Shown: positions 12,094-24,954 of the stretch, piece after piece
How the letters are laid out: each line of letters starts with the position of its first letter
Numbering within the stretch: the first letter of the stretch is position 1
Made by a program: the position numbers and the translations under genes
Source: Squalus acanthias
Lineage: Eukaryota
Assembly: GCA_030390025.1 (NCBI GenBank)
Contig: CM059432.1
Span: forward strand, 29,204,001 to 29,268,000
Direction of reading: 5' to 3'
DNA length: 64,000 nucleotides
Notes under the pieces: model-generated
What the model was told of the DNA's origin: nothing
The model's database searches: none
What the model saw: only the letters and a program-made list of their open reading frames with translations

Positions 12094-12639
12094 TATATCT
12101 CGTAGGGAAGGAATGCAGGAATATCATTAACCTGATAACACAGTCTGCAGTATGTTACAAGGCAGAAACACATTAACAGAATAAGATATTGTCATAAACC
12201 ACTATCTGGGCCCTGTTTGTCTCAATTAGGGAACTTATAGTGGGCACTTGCGGACTACTATTTATTGAACAATATGCTCACTGCCACAATGGAGATGGGC
12301 CCAAGATAGCTGAAGCAACAGTGTGTTAATTCATGAACTCCACTGATATTAATTCAACGCCCTCACACCGTCGGGAGCAGCGGTATCCTTTCTAAGCTAG
12401 TAACATTTAACCAATGATGTCATCAAAAAGTCTGGAAATAATTATTCACAGAAGTTGGCAAACTGCAGTTTTTAAAAGGATGCTAAAATTAATTACATTT
12501 GTTTTATTGCTTTAACTTTTAAAAGGAAGCACTTTCCCCCATTTTCCCCGATATTTTCCTCTGCAGTAGTTTTAATGAATCCATAAATGTGCTGTTTGTA
12601 AACCAAAGGAAATATCGGAGCTACTTTTTAAGAAATTCT

Positions 12640-13030
12640 ACGTGAGCATGTGCATAATGTGGGTACATGCCCATGTTTGCATGCGTGAGTGTAGGCCTGT
12701 GTCTGTGTGTGCATGGATGTATGTATGCGTGTGTATGTTTCTGCATGTGAGTATATCTGTTATTGTGTGTGTGTGTGCGTGTGCTTACTGCTTGTGTGTG
12801 TGTTTCTATGTGTGTGTGTCTCTGCTTTTGCATGTGTATCTGTGCGTGTGCGTGAGATTGTGCACGTGTGTCTGTGTGACTGTGTTTGTGAGTGTGTGAG
12901 ATTGTGTTAATATGCATGTGTAAGAGAGATTGTGTTTGAGTGTGAGATTGTGTTTGTGAGCGTGTGTGTGTGCAATTGTATTTGTGAGTGCGTGTGTGTG
13001 TGTGCAATTATATTTGTGAGTCTGTGTGTA
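12640..13030. repeat. Degenerate (TG)n simple-repeat tract
   Basis: Long imperfect TG/CA run. Confidence 0.9.
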
Positions 13031-13868
13031 AGAGATAGAAGCAGCTTTTCTATCACTCTGCCACTAGAAGGTGCCCAAGTTATCTGCAAGAGGCACCAAA
13101 TGCCGTGAAGCATTTTGTCTCCCAGTCAATCCCATCACTTGTATCAGAATCCCCAGTCAATGCGACTGACACTCCACACTCATAGTTCTGATTAAGTTGC
13201 CACACTTGAGTTAAAGCAGCTATTAAGATTTGATGAGGAATTGATCAGAGCATCAACAGGGAAATTTAGCTGCTCGGAGGAGCGTCACTGCTGAAGATTA
13301 TCCCTGTCAGCTTGTATTGGATGTGCTTTGGAATTCTCAAAGTAAAATAGAGGAGGCTCAAAATCACTGTGCTTTGGGACATGAACATTTGAATCTATTT
13401 ATTTATTTATTTATTTATTTACAGATTTCCTCAGTTGCGAGGAAGTCATTTAGCAACATTTTTAAAGTTTCCTTATCCAATTTTCTGCCCTGAAGGCAGT
13501 CACTCAGACACTGCCTGTTGAACTGTCACTGCACTTAGCACACAAGAGGAAAATAACCACGTCTAGATGTGGTGTCGTGACTTTGCTTCTGTCACTGGAT
13601 GCTGGTGAACTCTCAATCACTGCTGTTACCTCTTCTAGACTGAATGCACTGGGATCGAGCACACGAATGCTGAGACCAGTAAATCACTTTGATTCAGTCA
13701 TTTTAGGGTTGCCCTTGATGGTCCAGTGAATTACATAGGACTACATAGAAATTACAGCATAGAAACAGGCCATTCAGCTCAACCAGTCCATGTTGGTGTT
13801 TATCCTCCACACGAGCAATAGTCCTAATCCCATATCACTGTATTCTTCTTTCCTTCAACTACCTATCT

Positions 13869-14122
13869 AACAACAACAACTTGCATTTATATAGCACCTT
13901 TAACATAGTAAAATGTCCCAAGGCGGTTCACAGGAGCGTTATCAGACACAATTTGACACTGAGCCACGTAAGGAGCTATTAAGACAGGTGACCAAAATCT
14001 TGATCAAAGAGGTAGGTTTTAAGGAGCGTCTTTAAGGAGGAGAGAGAGGTGGAGAGACAGAGAAGTTTAGGGAGGGAATTCCAGAGCGTAGGGCCTAGGC
14101 AGTTGAAGGCACGGCCTCCAAT
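13869..14122 (-). mobile_element. L2 LINE 3' end, inserted in an old CR1 tail (about 13732-14330)
   Basis: IGGRAFNCLGPTLWNSLPK...LKTLLKTYLFDQ; (GTT)n tail. Confidence 0.8.
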
Positions 14123-14659
14123 TGTTAACCTATTCTTAAATGTTGGCGCGGTCTCTGCTTCAATCACTGACTCTTATAGAGCATCCCACAGTCTGTGTAA
14201 AAATGTTCCTCCTGCTCACTGTCCTAAATTTCTTCCATTTAATCTTACACCAATGCCCCTAGACCTCTCAATCACTGGAACAGTCTACTTCTATCCACTC
14301 TGGCCATCCCTTCATAATTCTAATGTCCCCTCATTCTAGATCCCTGGGTAACTGAGCTGACCACAAGTTCAATTCCCTGATTTGCGCCGAGTTGGGTGAT
14401 CTCAATGGGACAGTAACGATGCTGCAATTTGTCCAAGCAACTCTGGGCAAGTGAGGGGGGGGAGTAATTACCCAGGGTTCTTGCTCCTGACCGCTACCCA
14501 GCAACCTCGGCTGGAAGTACTCATGTGTGGAAATCAGCGCCTTGACAATCAAGGGGTGATTTCACACCTCAGCAGACAGCAGCCCTCACAGGTTTAGGAT
14601 CAGTGTGCCTGCAGTTTCCTGAGCACCACTCCTCGACCAGGAATGCCAGATGTCTGCAG

Positions 14660-14996
14660 GAGACATGAGTATAAGTTATATAAGCATAGAACTAGGTTAG
14701 ATGTCAGGAGTAATTTCTTTTCACAGGGAGTCGTCGACCTATGGAACAGGCTGGCGGTACGAACAATGAGTGCGGATTATCAGCAAGCATTCATAAAGAA
14801 GCTGAGTTTGTAAGAGTGGCTAACATATCTACATGTAGACAGTAGATGGGTCATTGTGTTAACCAGTCACCATGATCTCCCAGAACTTGCTTGATCATCC
14901 TGGGAGGGGTTTGAAGAGGAATTTACCAGAGTTTTTTTTCCTAAATTGACCTAAGATTGTTTCTGTTTGTTTTGCCTGCCCCAGGGAGTTATGTGG

Positions 14997-15034
<38 letters not shown>

Positions 15035-15125
15035 TTGGGGGGAGGTGGGGGTGGAGGGTGGAGGGTGAGGTGTGGGCGGCATAGTGAGCAGAGATTACAC
15101 AATGTTGGGATAGGATAAGCCTGAC
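14660..15125 (+). mobile_element. CR1-type 3' fragment with long 3' UTR containing (GT)n at 14996-15033
   Basis: Homologous to 25403-25990. Confidence 0.6.
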
Positions 15126-15135
15126 GGACAGGCTG

Positions 15136-15560
15136 GTCTCACCGTGGCTCAGTAGTAGCATTCTTGCCTCTGAGTAATAAGGTTGTGAGTTCAATTCTCA
15201 CTCCAGAGACTATAACACATAATCTAGGCTGACACTTCAGTGTAGTACTGAGGGAGAGCGGCACTGTCAGAGGCGCCGTCTTTCAGACGAGATGTCAAAG
15301 CGAGGCTCTGTCTGCCCTCTCAAGTGGTCATAAATTATTCCATGGCACTATTTTGAAGAAGAGCAGGGGAGATCGCCCCAGAGTCCTCGCCAATATTTAT
15401 CCCTCAATCAGCATCAATAAAACAGATAATCTAGTCATTTATCTCATTGCAGCCCATATTGGCTGCTGTGGTTCCTACATTACAATAGTGACTACACTTC
15501 ATTGGCTATAAAGCGCTTTGGGATGACCTGAGGCCATGAAAGGCGAGTTCTTTCTTTTCT
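15136..15560 (+). mobile_element. DeuSINE (SacSINE1-like)
   Basis: Homologous to 9871-10340. Confidence 0.85.
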
Positions 15561-16764
15561 CATTTTATTATCTCTGTGTAAGTGTCTAGTCTACCCTTTC
15601 AATCTGAGGGTGATGACTCAGCTAAGTGCTAGGCACAGCAAAATTTCCCAGAGATCGGAGACTGCTTTAAGCTCCAAGGCTTCTCACAAGCCCTTCACTT
15701 ACTCTGTTTGATACAAAAGATAGCAGGAAGTTAAATAACGAGATACGTGGATATGTATTAAAATAAAAAGGTCTGTGTCTCTTCAGAAAAGAGGGTGTCA
15801 CTCATCGAATGAGAGGGAGTTTGAAGGTCAGGGGTTTCCTCGGATGACCTGGCTGAATGACGGACCTTTTCTGGTGAGGAGTCACTGACTTGGATCTGTA
15901 TTCCACCTGCGCAACTGAGAACTTTAAACCTCTGAGGCGGATGCCATAGCAGGTGGCTCGCTGCCAGCTGGTATATTGTTTGGGAATGACCGGAGCGACG
16001 AGGAGCTCCACGAAGCTGAGACTGCACTTTAGGATATTGATAAATAGCGAAAAGAACAACGGGAGCTTGAAGCCACTCCTGCTGGCTCAGCGAATTCATC
16101 AAGCATGTACCTGAGCCGCAGACAGATGTCATCCCCGGCCTGTGCTGAGTTAGCTGTTCTGAGGCCAGAGCTGGCGAACAGTGTTTCGGGGCTCCCTGCA
16201 AGAGCAGCTCTGTGTGCCCAAGCCCCCCTCCTCTGATTGTAAAAGTCAAACTCTGAAAGAATGGGCTGTCAATATGGGGTCCAACTGGGCCTACATCTCG
16301 CCGAAGCATTCAAAAATGTGATATAATCCAGGGTCCTTCCCTGTTTTATGTTGTGGTCACTGGAACTGAATATTGGGCAGGTATAACGGGCAGCAGATGC
16401 AACACTGCCCAAGTCAAATTTCTACTCCTATGACTTTGTTTTTTTCTCTGATTTCGGCCAGACAAGTGATGCAGCCTCTGCAAAGAATACAGGGTGGTTT
16501 ATTTGGGGCCTCTGTTACTTAGGTTTGGAGGCGACATCAGATTTTACCCACAGCCTGAAATATAGGATCAGGAGAAGTTCAATTCCCCTAGATTAACGTT
16601 AGGTGGTCCATTTTGTGTTTGTGTTTTTTTTTTAAATACGTGCCTGTCAATCACCCTTTGGTCTCCTCAGATCAAAAGTGCAGGAAGGATTAAAACCCCA
16701 AAGGGAATCCTTGCTCGCTAGTTCTTCTTGTTCCATTGATATATCAGCCTTGACTCAGTGGCAT

Positions 16765-18372
16765 CATAAGAACATAAGGACTAGGAGCAGGAGTAGGCCA
16801 TTCGGCCCCTCGAGCCTGCTCCGCCATTCAATAAGATCATGGCTGATCATCCACCACAACTCCACTTTCCTGCCCGATCTCCATATCCCTTGATTCCCCA
16901 AGAGTCCAAAAATCTATCTATCTCAGCCTTGAATATATTCAAAGACTCAGCATTCACAGCCCTCTGGGGCAGAAAATTCCAAAGATTCACAACCCTCTAA
17001 GTGAAAAAATTCCTCCTCATCTCAGTCTTAAATGGCCTACCCCTTACCCTGAGACTATGCCCCCTAGTTCTAGACACACCAGCCAGGGGAAACAACCTCT
17101 CAGCATCTACCCTGTCAATCCCCTTCAGAATCTTGTATGTTTCAATGAGATCACCTCTCATTCTTCTAAACTCCAGAGATTATAGGCCCATTCTACGCAA
17201 TCTCTCATCATAAGACAGCCCTCTCATCCCAGGAATCAATCTAGTGAACCTTTGTTGCACCACCTCCAAGGCAAGTATATCCTTAGATAAGGAGATCAAA
17301 ACTGGGCACAGTACTCCAGGTGTGGTCTCACCAAGGCCCTGTACAATTGTAGCAAGACTTCCTTACTCTTATACTCCAACCCCCTTGCAATAAGGGCCAA
17401 CATGCCATTTGCCTTCCTTATTGCTTGCTGTACCTGCATGCTAGCTTTCTGTGTTTCTTGCACGAGAACACCCAAATCTCCGTGAACACCATCATTTGAA
17501 AGTTTCTCACCATTTTAAAAATATTCTGTTTTTCTATTCTTCCTACCAAAGTGAATAACCTCACATTTCCCTACATTATACTCCATCTGCCACCTTACTG
17601 TCCACTCACTTACTCTATCTATATCCCTTTGCAGACTCTTTGTGTTCTCCTCACAGCTTACTGTCCCACCTAGCTTTGTATCATCAGCAAACTTGGATAC
17701 ATTACACTTGGTCCCTTCATCCAGGTCATTAATATAGATTGTAAATAGCTGAGGCCTCAGCACTGATCCTTGCGGCACCCCACTAGTTACAGCCTGCCAA
17801 CCTGAAAAAGATCCATTTATCCCTACTCTCTGTTTTCTGTCCGTTAACCAATCCTCTATTCATGCTACTATATTACCCCAACCCCATGAGCCCTAATCTT
17901 GTGTAATAAGCTTTTATATGGCACCTTATCGAATGCCTTTTGGAAATCCAAATATACTACATCCACTGGTTCCCTTTATCTACCCTGCTAGTTACATCCT
18001 CAAAAAACTCTAATAAATTTGTCAAACACGATTTTCCTTTCATAAAACCATGTTGACTCTACCTAATCATGTTATCATTTTCTAAGTGACTTGATACCAC
18101 TTCCTTAACAATGGATTCCAGCATTTCCAGATGACTGATGTCAGGCTAACTGGCCTGTAGTTCCCTGTTTTTTTCTCACCCTCCTTTCTTGAATAGCGGT
18201 GTTACATTTGCGACCTTCCAATCCGCTGGGACCATTCTAGAATCTAGGGAATTTTGGAAGATTAAAACCAATGCATCCACTATCTCTTCAGTCACCTCTT
18301 TTAGAACCCTAGGATGTAGGCCATCAGGTCCAGGGGATTTGTCGGCTTTTAGTCCCATTAGTTTCTCTAGTA
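16765..18372 (-). mobile_element. CR1 family A, 5'-truncated
   Basis: RT motifs PQGSVL and [28 protein letters not shown] tail. Confidence 0.95.
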
Positions 18373-18577
18373 TTTATACTACTCTATAGTTTGACAGTTA
18401 AGGTTAATAGTTTATAAAGTTTAGAAGGTCTTAATTTTGTGGTTATAGTTTCTAAGGTCTCTGTTGTGTAGCGGGGAGTGCTGGTAAACAAGGGCCCTTG
18501 AGTATAACATTTAATTGTAGTGTAATTGGTGGTATTGATTTGATTTAATTTAATTTAAATTAATTAAAGGGTAAGTC

Positions 18578-19528
18578 ATGGCAGCACAGCTCGGCCCCGT
18601 GGCATGCTCCTCCTGCGCTATGTGGGAAATCAGGGACACTTCCTGTGTCCATGACGACCATGTGTGCAGGAAGTGTATCCAGCTGCAGCTACTGGCAGAC
18701 TGCATTGCGGCGCTGGAACTGCGAATGGATGCATACTGGAGCATTCGCGATGCTGAGGACATCATGGATATCACGTTTAATGAGTTGGTCACACCGCAGG
18801 TAAAGGCTGCACAGGCAGGAAGGGAATGGGTGACCACCAGGCAGAGTAGTAGGCACAGGCAGGTAGTGCAGGGGTCCCCTGTGGCCATCCCCCTCTCAAA
18901 CAGATATACCACTTTGGATATTGTTGAGGTGGATGGCTTATCGGGGGAAGGCAGCAGCAACCAACTTCCTGGCACTATGGGTGGTTCTGCTGCACAGGAG
19001 GGGAGGAAAAAGAGCGGGAGAGCTATAGTGATAGGGGATTCTATTGTAAGGGAAATAGATAGGTGTTTCTGCGGCCGCAAACGAGACTCCAGGATGGTAT
19101 GTTGCCTCCCTGGTGCAAGGGTCAAGGATGTCTCGGAGCGGCTGCAGGGCATTCTGGAGGGGGAGGGTGAACAGTCAGTTGTCGTGGTGCATATAGGTAC
19201 CAACAATATAGGTAAAAAACGGGATGAGGTCCTAAAAGCTGAATATAGGGAGTTAGGAGGTAAATTAAAAAATAGGACCTCAAAGGTAGTAATCTCAGGA
19301 CTGCTACCAGTGCCATGTACTTGTCATAGTAGAAATAGAAGGATATTTCAGATGAATACGTGGCTAGAGGAATGGTGCAAGGGGGAGGGATTCAAATTCC
19401 TGGGACATTGGAACCGGTTCTGGGGGAGGTGGGACCAGTACAAACTGGATGGTTTGCACCTGGGCAGGGCCGGGACCGATGTCCTGGGGGGAGTGTTTGC
19501 TAATGCTGTTGGGGAGGGTTTAAACTAA
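18578..19528 (+). CDS. CR1 ORF1 protein (Cys-rich/zipper N-terminus plus SGNH/GDSL esterase), intact 316 aa
   Basis: CSSC...CRKC, heptad leucines, GDSIVR, HIGTNN, DGLH motifs. Confidence 0.9.
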   Translation: MAAQLGPVACSSCAMWEIRDTSCVHDDHVCRKCIQLQLLADCIAALELRMDAYWSIRDAEDIMDITFNELVTPQVKAAQAGREWVTTRQSSRHRQVVQGSPVAIPLSNRYTTLDIVEVDGLSGEGSSNQLPGTMGGSAAQEGRKKSGRAIVIGDSIVREIDRCFCGRKRDSRMVCCLPGARVKDVSERLQGILEGEGEQSVVVVHIGTNNIGKKRDEVLKAEYRELGGKLKNRTSKVVISGLLPVPCTCHSRNRRIFQMNTWLEEWCKGEGFKFLGHWNRFWGRWDQYKLDGLHLGRAGTDVLGGVFANAVGEGLN

Positions 19529-19699
19529 AATGGCAGGGGGTTGGGAACCTGTGCAGGGAGACAGAGGAAAGGGAAGCTAGGATAGAAGAAAAAGACAGGA
19601 AGGAGAAAAACAAAAGTGGAAGTCAGAGAAATCAAGGGTGTAAATCAAACATGGCCACAGTAAACAATAATTCTAAATGGTCTAAGAGTGTTAAAAAAA

Positions 19700-22600
19700 T
19701 AAGCCTGAAGGCTTTGGGGGAAAAATTCAGTTGGTTGCGCCTCCCGTTAGCGTCTTAAGAGGGCGCTAATGGGGCGCAAAGCAGCTAGCGCCCGGGCACG
19801 GCAAAGTTTGCGCCGCTCACGAAATTAACTAGACATTTTGCGGCGGCGCTAAACACTACCGCCACGCTCTCCTGCGCCGGCCGATCATGACGTCACTCGA
19901 GTGCGCAACGCCCCGGTATCGCCCCGGAGCGGATATTGAGTGGCGCCCCCTGCCTTACCGCCTGATGCTACCAACGACAGGTTGAGGGGAGCGTTCTGCA
20001 GTCATGAAGGGAAAGGGGGAGCGCTATTTAAAGGTGACCGCTTCCTGCCTTTTATTGTTGGTGCCATTTTTGAACTACGCATTCTGAGAGAGAGAGGGAG
20101 AGACTTCTGGAGAGATTCAACGTTGTGTGAAGGAGTTTTGGGTACTGAGCAGCACTTTGCAGGTTCATTTTGATTTGCCATTCCTTGTATCGATTTAGCA
20201 GAGACTGTGGGGACTGCACTCTGAGCTCTTTCCCTGATACTCTCCATTGTTCTTTCCAGCACATTTGATGTGCAGGTCTCTCCAGGCCGAGATTCAAGGC
20301 TGCAATGAGCAGGATGTGGATGGAAAGCAAGATTAACCATCCCCTTTAAGAACTGGCCCGTGCCATTGTGTGTGTGTTCCATTGCTGACAGACGTTACAT
20401 GAGCTTCGCCAGCGCTCTGAGGTAGCGCCTCGCTCCTCGGCCTTTGCGCCTTAAGACAGGTGTGAAGCACCTGATTTAGCGCTGCAATCACCTCCAGGGA
20501 CGTTAAAAGTGAAGTTTCCAGTCAGTGGCGATAATTAGCGCCAGGCGCTAATTTTTGCGCCCGGCCGATAATTGCGCCCCAAATGGGGCGATACTGAATT
20601 TTTCCCCCTTTGTGTCTTAATGCGAGGAGCATTCATAATAAGGTGGATGAATTAGCTGCGCAAATAGATGTAAATGGATATGATATAATTGGGATTACGG
20701 AGATATGGCTCCAGGGTGACCAAGGCTGGGAATTCAACATCCAGGGGTATTCAATATTCAGGAAGGACAGGCAAAAAGGAAAAGGAGGTGGGGTAGCATT
20801 GCTGGTTAAAGAAGAGATTAACACAATAGTAAGGAAGGATATTAGCTCTGATGATGTGGAATCTGTATGGGTAGAGCTGAGAAATACCAAGGGGCAGAAA
20901 ACGTTAGTGGGAGTTTTATACAGACCCCCAAACAGTAATTCTGAGGTTGGGGGTGGCATTAAATGGGAAATTAGAGACGCATGCAATAAGGCACAGCAGT
21001 TATCATGGGTGACTTTAATCTACATATAGATTGGGCTAACCAAATTAGTAACAATACTGTGGAGGAGGAATTCCTAGAGTATATACGGGATGGTTTCCTG
21101 GACCAATATGTCGAGGAACCAACTAGAGACCAGGCTATCTTAGACTGGGTATTATGTAATGAGAAAGGATTAATTAGCAATCTTGTTGTGCGAGGCCCCT
21201 TGGGGAGGAGCAATCATAATATGATAGAATGCTTAATTAAGATGGAGAGTGAAGTAGTTGACTCAGAGACTAGGGTCCTGAATTTAAATAAAGGAAACTA
21301 CGATGGTATGAGGCGCGAGTTGGTTAGGATGGATTGGGGAATGTTACTTAAAGGGTTGACGTTGGATAGGCAATGGCAAACATTTAAAGATCGCATGGAT
21401 CAACTACAGAATTTGTTCATCCCTGTTTGGCATAAAAATAAAATAAAAAAGGTGACTCAACCGTGACTAACAAGGAAAATTAGGGATAGCATAAGATCCA
21501 AGGAGAGGACATATAAATTGGCCAGAAAAAGCAGCAAACCTGAGGATTGGGAGCAGTTTAGGATTCAGCAAAGGAGGACAAAGGGATTAATTAAGAGGGG
21601 GGAAATAGAGTATGAGAGTAAGCTTACAGGGAACATAAAAACTGACTGTAAAAGCTTCTATAGATATGTGAAGAGAAAAAGATTTGTGAAGTCAAGCGTA
21701 GGTCCCTTGCAGTCAGAATCAGGGGAATTTATAATGGGGAACAAAGAAATGGCTGACCAATTAAATACATACTTTGGTTCTGTCTTCACAAGGGAGGACA
21801 CAAATAACCTCCCAGAGATGTCAGGGAACATAGGGTCTAATGAGAGGGAGGAACTGAATGAAATCAGTATTTGTAGGGAAATGGTGTTAGGGAAATTGAC
21901 GGGATTGAAGGCCGATAAATGCCCAGGGCCTGATAATCTACATCTTAGGGTACTTAAGGAAGTGGCGCTAGAAATAGTAGATGCATTGCTGGTCATCTTC
22001 CAAAATTCTATAGACTCTGGAACAGTTCCCATGGATTGGAGGGTAGCTAATGTATCCCCACTATTTAAAAAAGGTGGGAGAGAGAAAATGGTAAGCCTGA
22101 CATCGGTAGTGGGGAAAATGCTAGAGTCCATTATAAAAGATGTAATAGCAGAGCACTTGGAAAACAGTGACAGGATCGGACAAAGTCAACATGGATTTAC
22201 AAAAGGTAAATCATGCTTGACTAATCTACTGGAATTTTTTGAGGATGTAATTGGTAGAATAGATAAGGGAGAACCAGTGGATGTGGTGTATTTGGACTTT
22301 CAGAAGGCTTTTGATAAGGTCCCGCATAAGAGATTAGCGTGCAAAGTTAAAGCACATGGGATTGGGGGTAGGGTACTGACTTGGATAGAAAACTGGTTGG
22401 CAGACAGGAAGCAAAGAGTTGGAATAAACGGGACTTTTTCCGAGTGGCAGGCAGTGACTAGTGGGGTACCGCAGGGATCGGTGCTAGGACCCCAGTTATT
22501 CACAATATATATTCATGATCTAGATGAGGGAACTAGATGTAATATCTCCAAGTTTGCAGATGACACAAAGCTGGGTGGGCGTGTGTGCTGTGAGGAGGAT

Positions 22601-23390
22601 TCAGAGAAACTCCAGTATGATTTGGACAGGTTGGGTGATTGGGCAGATGCATGGCAGATGCAGTATAATGTGGATAAATGCGAGGTTATCCACTTTGGTG
22701 GCAAAAACAGGAAGGCGGATTATTATCTGAACGGCAATAGATTGGGAAAAGCGGAAGTGCAACGAGACCTGGGTGTCCTTGTGCACCAGTCACTGAAGGT
22801 AAGCATGCTGGTGCAGCAGGCGGTTAAGAAGGCAAATGGTATGTTGGTCTTCATAGCGAGAGGATTCGAGTACAGGAGCAAGGAGGTCTTGCTGCAGTTG
22901 TACAGGGCTTTGGTGAGACCACACCTTGAGTATTGTGTGCAGTTTTAGTCGCCTTATCTGAGGAAGGATGTTCTTGCCATGGAAGGAGTGCAGCGAAGAT
23001 TCAGCAGACTGATACCTGGGATGGCAGGAATGACGTATGAAGAGAGATTGGGTCGATTGGGCTTGTATTCGCTAGAGTTTAGAAGAATGAGAGGGGATCT
23101 CATTGAAACTTATAAAATTCTAAAAGGATTAGACAGACTAGATGCAGGAAGGATGTTCCCGATGGCGGGGAGTCCAGAACCAGGGGTCACAGTCTAAGGA
23201 TAAGGGGTAAGCCGTTTAGGACTGAGATGAGGAGGAATTTCTTCACCCAGGGAGTGGTGAACCTGTGGAATTATCTACTACAGAAGACAGTTGAGTCCAA
23301 TTCATTAAATATATTCAAGAAGGAGTTAGATATATTTCTTAAGGCTAAAGGGATCAAGGGATATGGGGAGAAAGCAGGGACAGGGTACTG
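19700..23390 (+). pseudogene. CR1 ORF2 (APE endonuclease plus reverse transcriptase), disrupted
   Basis: [41 protein letters not shown] insertion, frameshift near 20990, stops at 21464 and 22946. Confidence 0.95.
19716..20608. mobile_element. Harbinger-type MITE inserted in CR1 ORF2
   Basis: Perfect 15-bp TIR GGGGGAAAAATTCAG, TSD TTT/TTT. Removal restores LKALCLNARS. Confidence 0.92.
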
Positions 23391-23564
23391 AATTTGGATG
23401 ATCAGCCATGATCGCATTGAATGGCGGAGCAGGCTCGAGGGGCCGAATGGCCTACTCCTGCTCCTATCTTCTATGTTTCTATGTTTCTATGTTTACTTTT
23501 TCTATACTTATATTAATTACAGCCTCATTACACCCTTGGTTCCCCACCATTTTTGGTATGCTTT

Positions 23565-23992
23565 TTGTGTCACTCGCGCCTCTGAGTCAGAAGGTCATGG
23601 GTTCAAGTTTCATGCCAGAGATTTAAGTAAATAATCTCGGCTGACATACCAGTGCAGTACTGAAGGAATGCTGCGCTGTCAGAGGTGTCCTCATTTTGCA
23701 TGAGAAGTTAAACCGAGACCCTACCAATTTAAGTTCCTACAGCACTATTTGAAGAAGAGCTGGGGAGTTCTCCCCAGTGTCCTGGCTAACATTTATCCCT
23801 CAACCAAAAAACAAAATATCTGGTCATCTATCTCATTGCTCTTTGTGAGACCTTGCTGTGCACAAATTGGCTGCCATGTTTCTTATATTACAACAGTGAC
23901 TACACTCCAAAAGTACTTCATTGCTTGTAAAGCGGTTTGGGACATCCTGAGATCATGAAGGGTGCTATATATATGCAAGTTCTTTCTTTCTT
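23565..23992 (+). mobile_element. DeuSINE (SacSINE1-like)
   Basis: Homologous to 9871-10340. Confidence 0.8.
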
Positions 23993-24067
23993 TAACATGG
24001 AGTCTACTCAACCTTAATGCATAAGTTTTGTGTTACAGACGCTGGTCCATTAGTGTTATTAGGAGAG

Positions 24068-24438
24068 TTTTTTTTCTATTATTATTCATTCTCTTGATAT
24101 GGATTTCACTAGCAAGGCCGACATTTATTGCCCATCCCTAATTGCTCTGAGAAGGTGATGGTGGGCCTTCTTCTTGAAGCAGTTTGATATAACTGAGTGG
24201 CTTGCGAGGCCACTTCAGAGGACAGTTAAGAGTCAACCACGAAAGTGTGGGACTGGAGTGAAATATAGGCCAGACCGGGTAAAGTTTTCTTGTCTAAAGG
24301 ACATTAATGAACCAATTACTAATATCAGATTTTTATTTCTAGTTTTAGGAAAATTAATTCAATTTCTCAAACTGCCATGGTGGAATTTGATTTTCTGGAT
24401 TACTAGTCCAGTAACATAACCACTACACTACGGTACCC
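24068..24438 (-). mobile_element. tRNA-headed SINE sharing both leader and 3' end with LINE-B
   Basis: A-box-like TAGTGTAGTGG head. Body 24193-24304 matches 41054-41173; tail matches 39490-39590. Confidence 0.75.
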
Positions 24439-24954
24439 TGACATTCGTGAAATGTTGCATATTTTATTATTTTATGAGCTAAGAGGTTGTAAATTAAATT
24501 TAGTAATCTCGTGGAATCAACTGCAATGGTTTTTTGCTACTGTTTCATTCTCACTTCTCTGATCCAGAGATTTCAACCTCAGCCACATGCTCTGATAGAA
24601 TCTGACAGCAGTACTCTCTGATCTTCATCTCAATGGACTGTCAGCATTCAAAATCTGCCATGAAACAGAAGGATGTGTTTGGATACTTGGGATTTTGAGG
24701 TGAGCTTCAAAGGGCAAACATGCATGGCAAGATGCAAGAGAATGTGGAGGGGCCCGTGTGATAGGCGGACTCTGCTGCATGGATTAATATGTGGTCCATG
24801 GAAACCTCAAGGATGTTGAACCCCAACACCGAGGACAGGGAGTGATTTGGTTTTTTTCCTCTGAGGATATCAGGAGGCTGTCAGGAAACTTAGCTGGCAT
24901 GTTACTTATCTTTGCTGCCCTGGTGATGTCATTAATTTTCTTCAGACATTGTAA

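Larger units (their letters stand above)
18373..23493 (+). mobile_element. Near full-length CR1 LINE (5' UTR, ORF1, ORF2, 3' tail)
   Basis: ORF1 esterase, APE endonuclease, RT and (TTCTATGT)n tail in order. Interrupted by a MITE. Confidence 0.95.

Noticed and set aside
12621..13007. His/Thr- and Cys/Val-rich ORFs
   Set aside because: They are translations of a degenerate (TG)n tract.
16291..16340. Minus-strand terminal exon KDPGLYHIFECFGEM*
   Set aside because: The acceptor is purine-rich and I recognise no homolog.
18550..19206. 218-aa antisense ORF over CR1 ORF1
   Set aside because: It is a shadow ORF on the opposite strand of a coding region, with no recognisable motif.
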